This document shows positions 34,992 to 43,509 of a DNA stretch of 48,555 nt, one piece after another. Each line of letters begins with the position of its first letter. Position 1 is the first letter of the stretch. Position numbers and translations under genes: made by a program. Source of the stretch: Alphaproteobacteria bacterium (lineage in GTDB: Bacteria > Pseudomonadota > Alphaproteobacteria > Rs-D84); contig WRJH01000002.1 of the NCBI GenBank assembly GCA_009782315.1, forward strand, positions 1 through 48,555, read 5' to 3'. Below the pieces are notes generated by a model. That model had not been told where the DNA came from. It saw only the letters and a program-made list of their open reading frames with translations, and searched no databases.

Positions 34992-36326
34992 ATGAAAATC
35001 GCAATCGCAGGGCGACCCAATACGGGAAAATCAACGCTGTTCAACCAGTTGACGCGTTCGCGCGACGCCATCGTCCACAACAGGCCGGGCGTTACCCGCG
35101 ACGTGGTTTCCGGCATGCTGCGCATGGCCGAAGACACGGATATAGAACTGTTCGACACCGCGGGATTGGAAACGAAAACCGACGAAATTGGTAAAATTTC
35201 AACAGACAAATCGTTGGCCGCGATAAAGGGCGCGGACGCGGTCCTGTTCGTGGTCGACGGCAAGGCGGGGCTGGTGCCGGGCGATACGGAATGGACGCGC
35301 ATTGTAAAAAAGGCGGGAAAGCCCGTATTGTTGCTGGTTAATAAAACCGAGGGCAAACGCACAGGCGATTTGTCCGAATTTTACAAACTGGGCCTGGGCG
35401 AGCCGGTGCCGGTTTCGGCGGAACACAAACAGGGGTTCGATGCGATTTCCGAATTTATATCGAAACTTGAAAAACCAAATCAGAAATCAGAAATCGAAAA
35501 TCAGAAATCAAGCGACGCGATTCGCGTCGCGATTATGGGACAGCCGAATGTCGGCAAGTCCACATTGGTGAATAAAATTCTGGGCGAAGACCGCGTAATC
35601 GTCCGCGACGAACCCGGCGTCACCCGCGATACCATCGCGATAAAAACAAAATTCCTGGGCCGCGATATGACGATTGTCGACACCGCCGGTCTGCGGCGCA
35701 AGGCCGGAATCACGGACGATGTCGAAACTTTGGCCGCGCTGAAATCACTTGACGCCATTTCCAAATCCGATGCCGTCATCCTGATAGTCGACGCGACGAA
35801 AAATATCGAAAACCAGGCGCTGGGCATCGCAGGGAGAGTGTACGACGCCGGAAAAATCCTGGCGGTCGCTTTGAACAAATGGGACCTGGTGCCGGAAGAA
35901 ATACGCGAAGACAAGCTGTTGAAATTAAAGCACCAGTTTGCGGACAGCTTTCACCAGATTATAAAACCGCTGATACTGCCCATCAGCGCGGAACAGGGGC
36001 GCGGCGTTAAAAACATGATAAAGCGCGTGTACGAATTGTGGGACCTTTCCAACGAACACGCCGCGACAAGTTTCGTAAATCGCACGCTTGAAAAACTGAT
36101 GGCCGCGCGCCAGCCGCCTATGTCGCGCCTGAAACGTCCGATGAAAATAAAATTCGCCAGCCAGACCGGAAAACGCCCGATGCGAATAACCGTCAATGTC
36201 GGCGGCACATCCGATATTCCCGAATCATATACCCGATATCTGCGCAAGGGGATTGCAAAGGCGCTGCGCTGGGAATCGCTGCCCGTCGTAATCGAATACG
36301 CGAAAACAGAAAACCCGTACGATTAG
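34992..36326 (+). CDS. der: Ribosome-associated GTPase Der (EngA)
   Basis: Internal ATG 34992 (MKIAIAGRPNTGKSTLFN). The second G domain has GQPNVGKSTLVN, DTAG and NKWD motifs, followed by a KH-like C-terminus. A heptamer array lies in the inter-domain linker. Confidence 0.95.
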   Translation: MKIAIAGRPNTGKSTLFNQLTRSRDAIVHNRPGVTRDVVSGMLRMAEDTDIELFDTAGLETKTDEIGKISTDKSLAAIKGADAVLFVVDGKAGLVPGDTEWTRIVKKAGKPVLLLVNKTEGKRTGDLSEFYKLGLGEPVPVSAEHKQGFDAISEFISKLEKPNQKSEIENQKSSDAIRVAIMGQPNVGKSTLVNKILGEDRVIVRDEPGVTRDTIAIKTKFLGRDMTIVDTAGLRRKAGITDDVETLAALKSLDAISKSDAVILIVDATKNIENQALGIAGRVYDAGKILAVALNKWDLVPEEIREDKLLKLKHQFADSFHQIIKPLILPISAEQGRGVKNMIKRVYELWDLSNEHAATSFVNRTLEKLMAARQPPMSRLKRPMKIKFASQTGKRPMRITVNVGGTSDIPESYTRYLRKGIAKALRWESLPVVIEYAKTENPYD

Positions 36327-36332
36327 AAATAT

Positions 36333-36468
36333 AAAACGCCGCGCAAGCGGCGTTAAAAATAAATTATTCGCATTCGTTAGGCCGGCTTGCGGGTGTTTTT
36401 GGGTGTGAAGTGTATAGATGATACATGAACACCCAAAAGCGCCCGCAATGCGGTTTCGGACGAGGTAA
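36333..36468 (+). repeat. About 140-bp conserved element, copy B
   Basis: Same architecture and orientation as 34043-34180. It lies between the der stop and the lpoB-like stop. Confidence 0.75.
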
Positions 36469-37083
36469 TTACCAGCGCGGGGCGCGTTTGCCTTCTTTAA
36501 GTATCGGCTGTTCGTTTTCCCAAACCGACAGGCCCGTCTTCAAATCCGTCAGTGTCAGCTGCAGATAATATTCCACGCGTTCGTTTTTGCTGTCGAACCA
36601 TCCGCTGTCCAGTTTCAGATTACGCTGCAACATCTTGCCCGACAAGGACATGTTCGGCGCGACCAATGTTCCCTTGCCCGCGAATGAATTGGCGGCGTAT
36701 TCCGAATTGCCGCGCATATCGCGCATTGTGTTGCTGGTCGTGTCTTCGCCGCCGAAATTAGTGGCAATCTGTGCGCGGCCGGAATTGACCAGGTCGCTGC
36801 GGATTTTCTTGGTCAGTATGTCCGTGTCGAAACGCTGCTGGGTGTCGTTAATCATCGGGCCCATTGCGATAACCGGGTCTTTGATTCGCGCGAATCCGCC
36901 GGATTTGAACATGGAATTAACCATTTCTTCGGCCGTGTTCGTCCAATCCCTATATTCCAATTCCATCACATGGCTCATCCCCGATACCGCTTTCGAATCG
37001 TTCGTGTCGATTACTTTCGTTCCGCCGCAGGCGCAGAGCATAAGGCATAAGGCATAAGGCATAAGGCATTTTATTTTGTTCAT
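36469..37083 (-). CDS. LpoB-like (COG3417-type) lipoprotein
   Basis: 204 aa with lipobox LMLCAC-G. DWTNTAEEMVNSM..IAMGPMINDTQQRFDTDILTKKIRSDLVNSGRAQI resembles the LpoB-family core. From memory. Confidence 0.5.
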   Translation of the reverse strand: MNKIKCLMPYALCLMLCACGGTKVIDTNDSKAVSGMSHVMELEYRDWTNTAEEMVNSMFKSGGFARIKDPVIAMGPMINDTQQRFDTDILTKKIRSDLVNSGRAQIATNFGGEDTTSNTMRDMRGNSEYAANSFAGKGTLVAPNMSLSGKMLQRNLKLDSGWFDSKNERVEYYLQLTLTDLKTGLSVWENEQPILKEGKRAPRW

Positions 37084-37086
37084 AGT

Positions 37087-38340
37087 TTATCCTTTTAGTT
37101 TTATTATTTTTGGTTTAATTTCTTCGTTCGGCAATCTTATGTAGACAAGATGGTTTCCGTGTCTTTCAATTTTGAATTCTGTAACAACTGTACCACCGGA
37201 TTTTAATGTAATCAAGCAATCATTGCTTTTGCACTTTGCATCCTTGTCAATCCGCAGCACGTATATTTTCTTTGGCAATGTGGCCCATGTTCGGATTTCG
37301 GCGCTGGTCATAGCCATGCCGGCCGCGACCGCCGCGATTCCGCCAAGCGTTCCGCCGTAATGGTTCGCCGTGCCCTGCATCGCCAATTTCGTCGCCGCGC
37401 TTGCGGCCGCGCGCAGCGCATCGTTGACCGCGTATTCTTTGTATTCCGTCATAAACATGGCGTCGATGTTCGCGACCAATTCCGCCCCGTCGACGGCTTG
37501 CCCGCCGTCAAGCATAATCGGTTCCGACACTGCAATCGATACGGCGCTTACGCCGCCGGCGGTAACCATGGGCCAATCGATTCGCCGTTCGATCAATTTC
37601 GGCGAAAATCCCGATTCGATAAATATCCATGCAGTGTTTACGGGCGTGCGCCGCGCGGAAGCGGCGGCCAGGTCTTGTTTTATAAATTTGTTGCCGGGCG
37701 CCATTCCGTCCGCGCGCGACAGGTATGTGCGCGCGGTTTCAAAATCCGACGGGCCCGACGCGAAATTCAAAAAATATATTCCGGCAAGGTAAGTCAACGC
37801 CGGATTCATAATATCCTTGAAAGATTCCCAAGACGCGTTTTCGGCGCGCAATTGTTTGCCCAGGCCGTTCGAATCTTTTTCCTTTTTACGAATCAGCGAC
37901 GCGTATTCGGCGGACAGGCGCTGTTGTTTCGCGTACGATTGATTTATAATCACGCGGGCGTCGGCTGTTCGTCCGTCCGCAATCGCGGACCATATCTGGT
38001 AATACGAAACAAACAGGTCGTCCATAAAATACGGCTTGTAATCCGCGGACAGATTTCCGGCGATGGCGCGGCCGATTTCGCCGGTTATGCCGGAAGACTG
38101 CGCTTTTTCCATCCGGCGGTTTATGGATTCGAATTCTTTGTCCGCGTCGCCGAATTTATTTTGTTGGAACAGCGCGTTCCCGGAAAGCAAAGGGTCCAGG
38201 TTTTTATCGCCGACTTTTTGTTTTTCGAATACGCCCGCCTTGAAATCGGCCCGCGCGTCGTCAAGGCGTTTTTCCATAGACCCGGCGCAGGCGCCAAGAA
38301 AGAGCATAGAGCATAGAGCAAAGATAATAGACTTGTTCAT
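37087..38340 (-). CDS. Lipoprotein of unknown function (417 aa)
   Basis: Lipobox LFLGAC-A. It is co-oriented with the lpoB-like gene, 3 nt upstream of it. The signal peptide is partly encoded by a GAGCATA array. Confidence 0.6.
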   Translation of the reverse strand: MNKSIIFALCSMLFLGACAGSMEKRLDDARADFKAGVFEKQKVGDKNLDPLLSGNALFQQNKFGDADKEFESINRRMEKAQSSGITGEIGRAIAGNLSADYKPYFMDDLFVSYYQIWSAIADGRTADARVIINQSYAKQQRLSAEYASLIRKKEKDSNGLGKQLRAENASWESFKDIMNPALTYLAGIYFLNFASGPSDFETARTYLSRADGMAPGNKFIKQDLAAASARRTPVNTAWIFIESGFSPKLIERRIDWPMVTAGGVSAVSIAVSEPIMLDGGQAVDGAELVANIDAMFMTEYKEYAVNDALRAAASAATKLAMQGTANHYGGTLGGIAAVAAGMAMTSAEIRTWATLPKKIYVLRIDKDAKCKSNDCLITLKSGGTVVTEFKIERHGNHLVYIRLPNEEIKPKIIKLKG

Positions 38341-38380
38341 GAACGGGATTATAGAACAAAAAACAAAAAAGTGAAATTAT

Positions 38381-38671
38381 TTAATTCTTGTTCAATTGCG
38401 TCAGGAAATCGGGAAACGATTCGTCGTCGCCTTCGCTTTCTTCGGCATCCGCCGGTTCCGCCGGTTTCGGGCCGCCCCGCTGGCCGTCGATTTTATTCTG
38501 TTCATCGCTGACAATGCGGCCGTAATGTTCCGCCATCTGAAGCAGGCGTTCGCGTTCGATTTCGTCCGCCGTTGTGCGCGCCTGGTCCAGGTATTGTTTT
38601 CTTTTCTGGCGCCAGCGATGGCACCGCTGTATCATGATGCCGGTGGACGATTGATTTTTTTTATGCTGCAT
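38381..38671 (-). CDS. DUF4167-like small protein (alphaproteobacterial)
   Basis: 96 aa. Basic N-terminus, Y...A........R....Q.AEHY.RIV core and an acidic tail, as remembered for DUF4167. Confidence 0.55.
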   Translation of the reverse strand: MQHKKNQSSTGIMIQRCHRWRQKRKQYLDQARTTADEIERERLLQMAEHYGRIVSDEQNKIDGQRGGPKPAEPADAEESEGDDESFPDFLTQLNKN

Positions 38672-38782
38672 GAAATAAACCTGATTAAAGGCACTAGGGG
38701 ACGCCTAGGCACTGGTTGATATTATTAAATTTGGGAAATTAAATCCTTTTAACCCGTTTATTATATACCGCCTTAAAACCGT

Positions 38783-38811
38783 TTGCAATAATTTTTTTAT
38801 ACCGCTAGAAT
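38783..38811 (+). promoter_or_regulatory. Candidate promoter TTGCAA-17-TAGAAT abutting the first pilin-like gene
   Basis: TTGCAA 38783-38788, TAGAAT 38806-38811. The ATG at 38818 is 7 nt downstream of the -10, so the mRNA may be leaderless. Confidence 0.4.
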
Positions 38812-38817
38812 TCCTTT

Positions 38818-40266
38818 ATGGAGAGGGTTGGAAATTCATCGGGAAACTTTATGCTGCAGGCGCTTTTGGCGCTGTCGCTGGTTGTCGCGTTTATGCCCAT
38901 GCTGGTCAAAAAAATGTCGCGAACCGGTCTGGACGCCCAGATGAACGCCGCCGTATCCCAGATTAATTCGGTCATTCCCGCCGCGCGCGCCTTTGGGAAA
39001 GACAATGCGGACCGGTTTATGTACGGCAAGACGGAATACGAAGGCAAGGATTTTGCGGACGCGCTGGAGGCGTACGGTCTGCCCATCGGATTCGTGCCGC
39101 GCACCCCGTTCGGACAAAAAGTGACGATGGTCGTGACCAAAGACGAATTGGACACAATCGCGTGGATACGGATGTCCGGCGGAGGCGTCCGCGGGATAGA
39201 CAAGGCGGAAATCGCGCTGCGCTTAGGGTTCTGGGCGGGAGAGCCGGACGGCGACGAAATCCGCGGCGCGACGGGCGGATGGAATATCGACATGTCCGCG
39301 TTTTCATACAAACCCATGCCCGGCTCTGTTTACGTCCGCGTTCCCTTGGACGGCGAATTTTCAGACCTTTTGGCCGTGCGCGCGCGCACCCCTGAAAACA
39401 ACAGGATGCATGTCGCGCTGAACATGGGCGGCCGCGACATCAGGGGCGCGCGCGACATATCCGCGGTTGAAGGCAGGTTCAGAAATATCCTGGCCGGCGA
39501 TATGGTGCTTTCCGGGACGGAAGACGGAAGAAGACAGCGGCACAGATTCGGCAATATGAAAATCCGCCGCGCCGTATTCCAGACGAAAAACATGTCGAAC
39601 GCGCTGAACATATCGCGGGGGTCGCTTTCCGCCAAATACGTTTCCGCGCCGTCGGTGTCCAGATACGGCGATGCGGGCTCTTTAACCGGCGAAGTCGTAT
39701 CCGCCCACAGTTTCACCATGGAGGAGGGGCGCGGCGGATTTACCGGCCCGGGAATATGGGATGTGCAGGGCAACGCCGTATTCCACAACATAACGCTTTC
39801 CGTCGAGAGGGCCGAAATCGCCGGATTCATCAACGCGGCGCGCGGCCAGGACGTATTCATCAGCGAAGACGGGACGGATATCATCAACAATAAATCGGGG
39901 ATAGAAACAAACGTCGTCGCGGCGACGGCCGTCACGCTGCGCGACCAGACGTCCGCGCGCCTTTTGGCCGGGGGAACCGGCCCGATTATCGCGGACGTGC
40001 GGCCCGCCGGCGTGTCCGTTCTGCCCGATGCCGCCATCGCCGGAATAAACAACAACGATATAAAAATTATCCGATATCCGTTAGAGGCGTCCGACGTACA
40101 AACCGGATGCAATGATTTCATAGCCGACAATATGTACGGTCTGGGCGTGACGTATAACCGGGAATCGCTGGCCCAGAATATCGTTTGCAGATTTATGTTC
40201 TGGCAGCGGCTGGAACAAAGAATCAACATGAAGAAATGTCTGCTGGAAGGAAAGGAAAAATGCTAG
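38818..40266 (+). CDS. Large type IV pilin-like protein, paralog A (482 aa)
   Basis: The N-terminus MERVGNSSG/NFMLQALLALSLVVAFMPMLV looks like a class III (prepilin) signal with Gln at +5. The mid-region motif NRMHVALNMGGRDIRGARDI is shared with paralogs B and C. Confidence 0.65.
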   Translation: MERVGNSSGNFMLQALLALSLVVAFMPMLVKKMSRTGLDAQMNAAVSQINSVIPAARAFGKDNADRFMYGKTEYEGKDFADALEAYGLPIGFVPRTPFGQKVTMVVTKDELDTIAWIRMSGGGVRGIDKAEIALRLGFWAGEPDGDEIRGATGGWNIDMSAFSYKPMPGSVYVRVPLDGEFSDLLAVRARTPENNRMHVALNMGGRDIRGARDISAVEGRFRNILAGDMVLSGTEDGRRQRHRFGNMKIRRAVFQTKNMSNALNISRGSLSAKYVSAPSVSRYGDAGSLTGEVVSAHSFTMEEGRGGFTGPGIWDVQGNAVFHNITLSVERAEIAGFINAARGQDVFISEDGTDIINNKSGIETNVVAATAVTLRDQTSARLLAGGTGPIIADVRPAGVSVLPDAAIAGINNNDIKIIRYPLEASDVQTGCNDFIADNMYGLGVTYNRESLAQNIVCRFMFWQRLEQRINMKKCLLEGKEKC

Positions 40267-41489
40267 AACAGCGCGGAAGCAATCTTCTTGAAACATTGCT
40301 GGCCATCGGGTTGGTTTCGGCGATGGCGCCTTTTGTGTACAACCGCGTGGCCGAAGTCAGCCGCGATATAAAAGACGTCGCCATGGCGCGGCAGATAGCG
40401 GGGTGGAAATACCCCGTGTCCGGATTTATCCGAAGCAGTCAGATGAATTGGGAGGAAGACAAGCTGGTCGAATTGGACGCAAAGGAATTGCAAGAGATTG
40501 CAGGTAAGGAAATCAAAGGCGCTATAGCGATGACGCCCGCTTTCGCATTCATTGAAAAGTTCAGACATCTGGGCGGCGTCACGGTCGAGGCATATCTGTT
40601 GTTCCCAGGAAAATTCGACGGAATCCGAATGCATAAGATAGCGCGTCATCTGGGCGCGGACGCCGCCGTCGCGGGGCCGGAAAACACGGCGTTTTCCGTC
40701 GGCGGCGGATGGAGCATAGAGACGGAAATGATGCAGGAAAACGATTTGGTGTACCGGATACCGGTCGAATTGCCCCGGGATGATTCGTTCAATTTTATGC
40801 ACCGGGTGGATGCGGGCGACGAACGTCTGAACACCATGGAGCGCAATCTGATGATGGCGCGCAACAACGTGACGAACGCCGGCGCCGTGGGCGCGGGACT
40901 GCTTGATTCTAAGATGGTGTCCGGATGGTTCGCGGCCATAGAATCGTTCGCCGCGGACGAAGCAGTGTTTCCGGACGGCGCGAACATGGACGGAAGCAAC
41001 GCGTCGTTCGACGGAGTTCGCGTCATGGGCGACGTCGTCGGATTCAGAAACATCCAGGCGGATTTGTTCGAAGGCGGCGGCGGCGCGGGAAACTGGTCCG
41101 CCCAGGGCGATATAATCGCAAGCCGCGCCCAGATTATGGAATCGGTCCGCGTCGGGCGGACCATGACCGTAAAGTCGGCGACATCAAGGACCGTTTCCGG
41201 ATTCACAGGGATCAGCGCGTACAACCTGACCGTGCCGTTCGTGTCCGCGGACGAGATGCGCTTTGCGGACGGATTGGGTCTGGTCGTGTCAAACGAACTG
41301 TCGTCAAGTTATTCCGATGCGCCGCTGAAACTGGGCAACTGGATGTTAACATCGCAAAGCGCGGCGCCCGGATTTTCGTCGTTAACCGTTTCTAATGCGG
41401 GAAACATGGAGTTCAATGTGCCGGCGGAAAAATTCGGGGAAATAATGAAGGAAGGATGGAAGGATTCAGAGAGCATAGAGCAAAGATAA
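40260..41489 (+). CDS. Large type IV pilin-like protein, paralog B (409 aa)
   Basis: Internal ATG 40260 overlaps the stop of A (ATGCTAG). MLEQRG/SNLLETLLAIGLVSAMAPF is a short basic leader ending in Gly, with Glu at +5 and a hydrophobic helix. FMHRVDAGDERLNTMERNLMMARNNVTNAG. Confidence 0.7.
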   Translation: MLEQRGSNLLETLLAIGLVSAMAPFVYNRVAEVSRDIKDVAMARQIAGWKYPVSGFIRSSQMNWEEDKLVELDAKELQEIAGKEIKGAIAMTPAFAFIEKFRHLGGVTVEAYLLFPGKFDGIRMHKIARHLGADAAVAGPENTAFSVGGGWSIETEMMQENDLVYRIPVELPRDDSFNFMHRVDAGDERLNTMERNLMMARNNVTNAGAVGAGLLDSKMVSGWFAAIESFAADEAVFPDGANMDGSNASFDGVRVMGDVVGFRNIQADLFEGGGGAGNWSAQGDIIASRAQIMESVRVGRTMTVKSATSRTVSGFTGISAYNLTVPFVSADEMRFADGLGLVVSNELSSSYSDAPLKLGNWMLTSQSAAPGFSSLTVSNAGNMEFNVPAEKFGEIMKEGWKDSESIEQR

Positions 41490-41587
41490 TAGAGCATAGA
41501 TGGGGTCGTTACAGGTGTTGAATATAAAAAAATATTTTTCAAATTGTTCAAAGCATTTATGCTCTATGCTCTATGCTCTATGCTCTG
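41468..41587. repeat. Inverted GAGCATA arrays between pilin-like genes B and C
   Basis: agagagcatagagcaaagataatagagcatagatgg ... tttatgctctatgctctatgctctatgctctg. Confidence 0.85.
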
Positions 41588-42888
41588 CGCGTTCGCATAG
41601 CGAACGTGCGGAACGCGGCGGAATGATGGTAGAGCTGTTGCTGGCGCTGGCATTGGCGGCGGCCATGCTGCCCTTTCTGGTCGGACAAGAGAACGCCCGG
41701 GTGCGCCGCGCGGAAAATCTGAAAGCGGCCGCCGATATGGCCGCCGTCCGGTCCGCTTTGGAAAAATACATGGAGGAAAACAAAAGAGAGCTGTTGTCGT
41801 CCGTCGGCCGCAACGTTGTTCGCGTGTCTTTGGAAGATTTAGAGGAATTCGATTTGAACGTAGAATCATTGGGCAGGGCGGAACAGTTCCAGATGCGCGT
41901 CGTGAAAAGCGCCGACCGCGGCGGACGGTCCTTCCTGCAAGGAATCGTCGTTATGGACATAGACGGCGCGGCGCCCATTCGCACGCGCGAAATCGCGCTG
42001 GCCGCGGGCGCGGGCGCCGGCATGGCCGACGGCCCGGACACGTTCGGCGCGTTCGGAACATGGCGAACAAAAGCCAATATATGGAACGCAAGGTTCAGCG
42101 ACCGGTCGTTGCTGGACATGACCGCCGCCGTCGTATCCGGCGAAGAATTCCTGCGCCGTGTTTCGGGCGGCGGCGCGGACGACGCAACAATGCGGTCCGA
42201 CCTGGCCATGGGCGGGCACGATATAACGGGGGCGGGTTCAATATTCGCAGAGGCTTCTAAATTCACGGAAACCATAAACGCGAATACAGCGGGCGCCAAC
42301 CGTCTGGTTGTCGAAAACAGGCCCGCTTTGGATGGAAATATCGCCGTCGCCGGCGAAGCGCTGGTATCGGGCGCGCTTTCTTCCGATTCCCGCGGCATAG
42401 ATACGCAACGCATGACCGTGCCGGGACGCGCGCGGTTTTCTTCGGTCGCCGCGCTGCGGCTTTGGGCGGGCGATCTGACGCTGGGCGGATTTTCCGTGTC
42501 GGATATGGATGAAAAAGCTGCCAGTCTTTCGGTCGGAGGGTCCATAGACATGACCGGCGGACGCGTTACCGCAATGCAGATGTTCGTCGGCGGAGGCGGC
42601 AGCGTGACGCCGCGCCTGGTGGTTCGGGAAAGAATCGAAGACCCGAAAAACGCCGCGTATTTCTGGGACTTTTCCGCACGCGACGCGGTGTTTTTCGACG
42701 TAATGCTGCCCGCGTTGCCCCAGATGATGAGACAAGCCGCGCGCGGCGCCGACACAAGCACGTACGCATACCGGGCGATGTCCGCCGTATTCAATAACAA
42801 CAACGCGACTGTCGCGGATTACGCGCGCGCGCTTTCCGAAATAGAGCGAAGGATTTCGGCGGAATACGACAGGTTGAATTTGGAATAA
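41500..42888 (+). CDS. Large type IV pilin-like protein, paralog C (start uncertain: 41500, 41566 or 41623)
   Basis: ..AERG/GMMVELLLALALAAAMLPFLV has Glu at +5 after a Gly. ATMRSDLAMGGHDITGAG motif. The first about 40 codons of the ORF are heptamer-repeat DNA. Confidence 0.65.
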   Translation: MGSLQVLNIKKYFSNCSKHLCSMLYALCSARSHSERAERGGMMVELLLALALAAAMLPFLVGQENARVRRAENLKAAADMAAVRSALEKYMEENKRELLSSVGRNVVRVSLEDLEEFDLNVESLGRAEQFQMRVVKSADRGGRSFLQGIVVMDIDGAAPIRTREIALAAGAGAGMADGPDTFGAFGTWRTKANIWNARFSDRSLLDMTAAVVSGEEFLRRVSGGGADDATMRSDLAMGGHDITGAGSIFAEASKFTETINANTAGANRLVVENRPALDGNIAVAGEALVSGALSSDSRGIDTQRMTVPGRARFSSVAALRLWAGDLTLGGFSVSDMDEKAASLSVGGSIDMTGGRVTAMQMFVGGGGSVTPRLVVRERIEDPKNAAYFWDFSARDAVFFDVMLPALPQMMRQAARGADTSTYAYRAMSAVFNNNNATVADYARALSEIERRISAEYDRLNLE

Positions 42889-42900
42889 ATTTCCTTTACA

Positions 42901-43383
42901 ATGCGCGTTGATATGAAAATCAAATGCCCTTTTTGCAGAACGGATTACGCGGCGGACATCCCCGGCGGCAAGCGCGCGGAATGCGCGCTGTGCGGACATG
43001 CGTGGATGCCGCCCAGACACCGCGGCCCGATTCTGATATGGGGTGCGGTCCTTTTTGCCGCCGTGTTTGCAGGGATGGCCGCGGTCAGATATATGCCGAC
43101 AAAAAAACCGAAAGCGCCCCTGGTCATCGAAATGACCGGCGTCCAAAAGACGGCCGAAGAAGCATGGGTCGTATCGGGCCGCGTCAGAAATTTGTCCGGA
43201 AAAATTTACGGAATTCCGGATATGGCGCTGGTCGTGAAAAATAACGCGGGCGACGAGGTTCTGCGCCAGAAAGTGCGCCCGCCGGTGCCGATTCTGGATA
43301 TAGGAGAGGCGGCGGAATTCGCCCACACTATCGCCGATTTTCCGCCGGCTGCGAAAAAACTGGCGGTGGAGTTTATAAAGTAG
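42901..43383 (+). CDS. Zinc-ribbon (MJ0042-type) + TM + DUF3426-like protein, ZitP-like
   Basis: 160 aa. KCPFCRTDY..(16)..CALCGHAW is a CxxC..CxxC ribbon. TM helix ILIWGAVLFAAVFAGMAAV. The C-terminal beta-rich domain has VSGRVRNLSG..VVKNNAGDEVL..LDIGEAAEF. Confidence 0.65.
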   Translation: MRVDMKIKCPFCRTDYAADIPGGKRAECALCGHAWMPPRHRGPILIWGAVLFAAVFAGMAAVRYMPTKKPKAPLVIEMTGVQKTAEEAWVVSGRVRNLSGKIYGIPDMALVVKNNAGDEVLRQKVRPPVPILDIGEAAEFAHTIADFPPAAKKLAVEFIK

Positions 43384-43509
43384 AGCATAGATAATAGAGC
43401 ATAGAGTATAACAATGGAGAATATACAAATGATGACATTAAAAAATAAATCTATGAAATTTTTCAAAAACATATATCTATGCTCTATGCTCTATGCTCTA
43501 TGCTCTATT
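43381..43509. repeat. Inverted GAGCATA arrays straddling the start of the next exported-protein gene
   Basis: tagagcatagataatagagcatagagtata ... atctatgctctatgctctatgctctatgctctatt. The start codons 43414/43429/43453 lie in the loop. The right arm encodes LCSMLYALCSI. Confidence 0.85.

Noticed and set aside
41571-43428. Long minus-strand ORFs 41571-42803 (410 aa) and 42238-43428 (396 aa)
   Set aside because: They are antisense to pilin-like gene C and the ZitP-like gene. Composition is extreme in Arg/Ser/Ala, and they have no start context or motifs.
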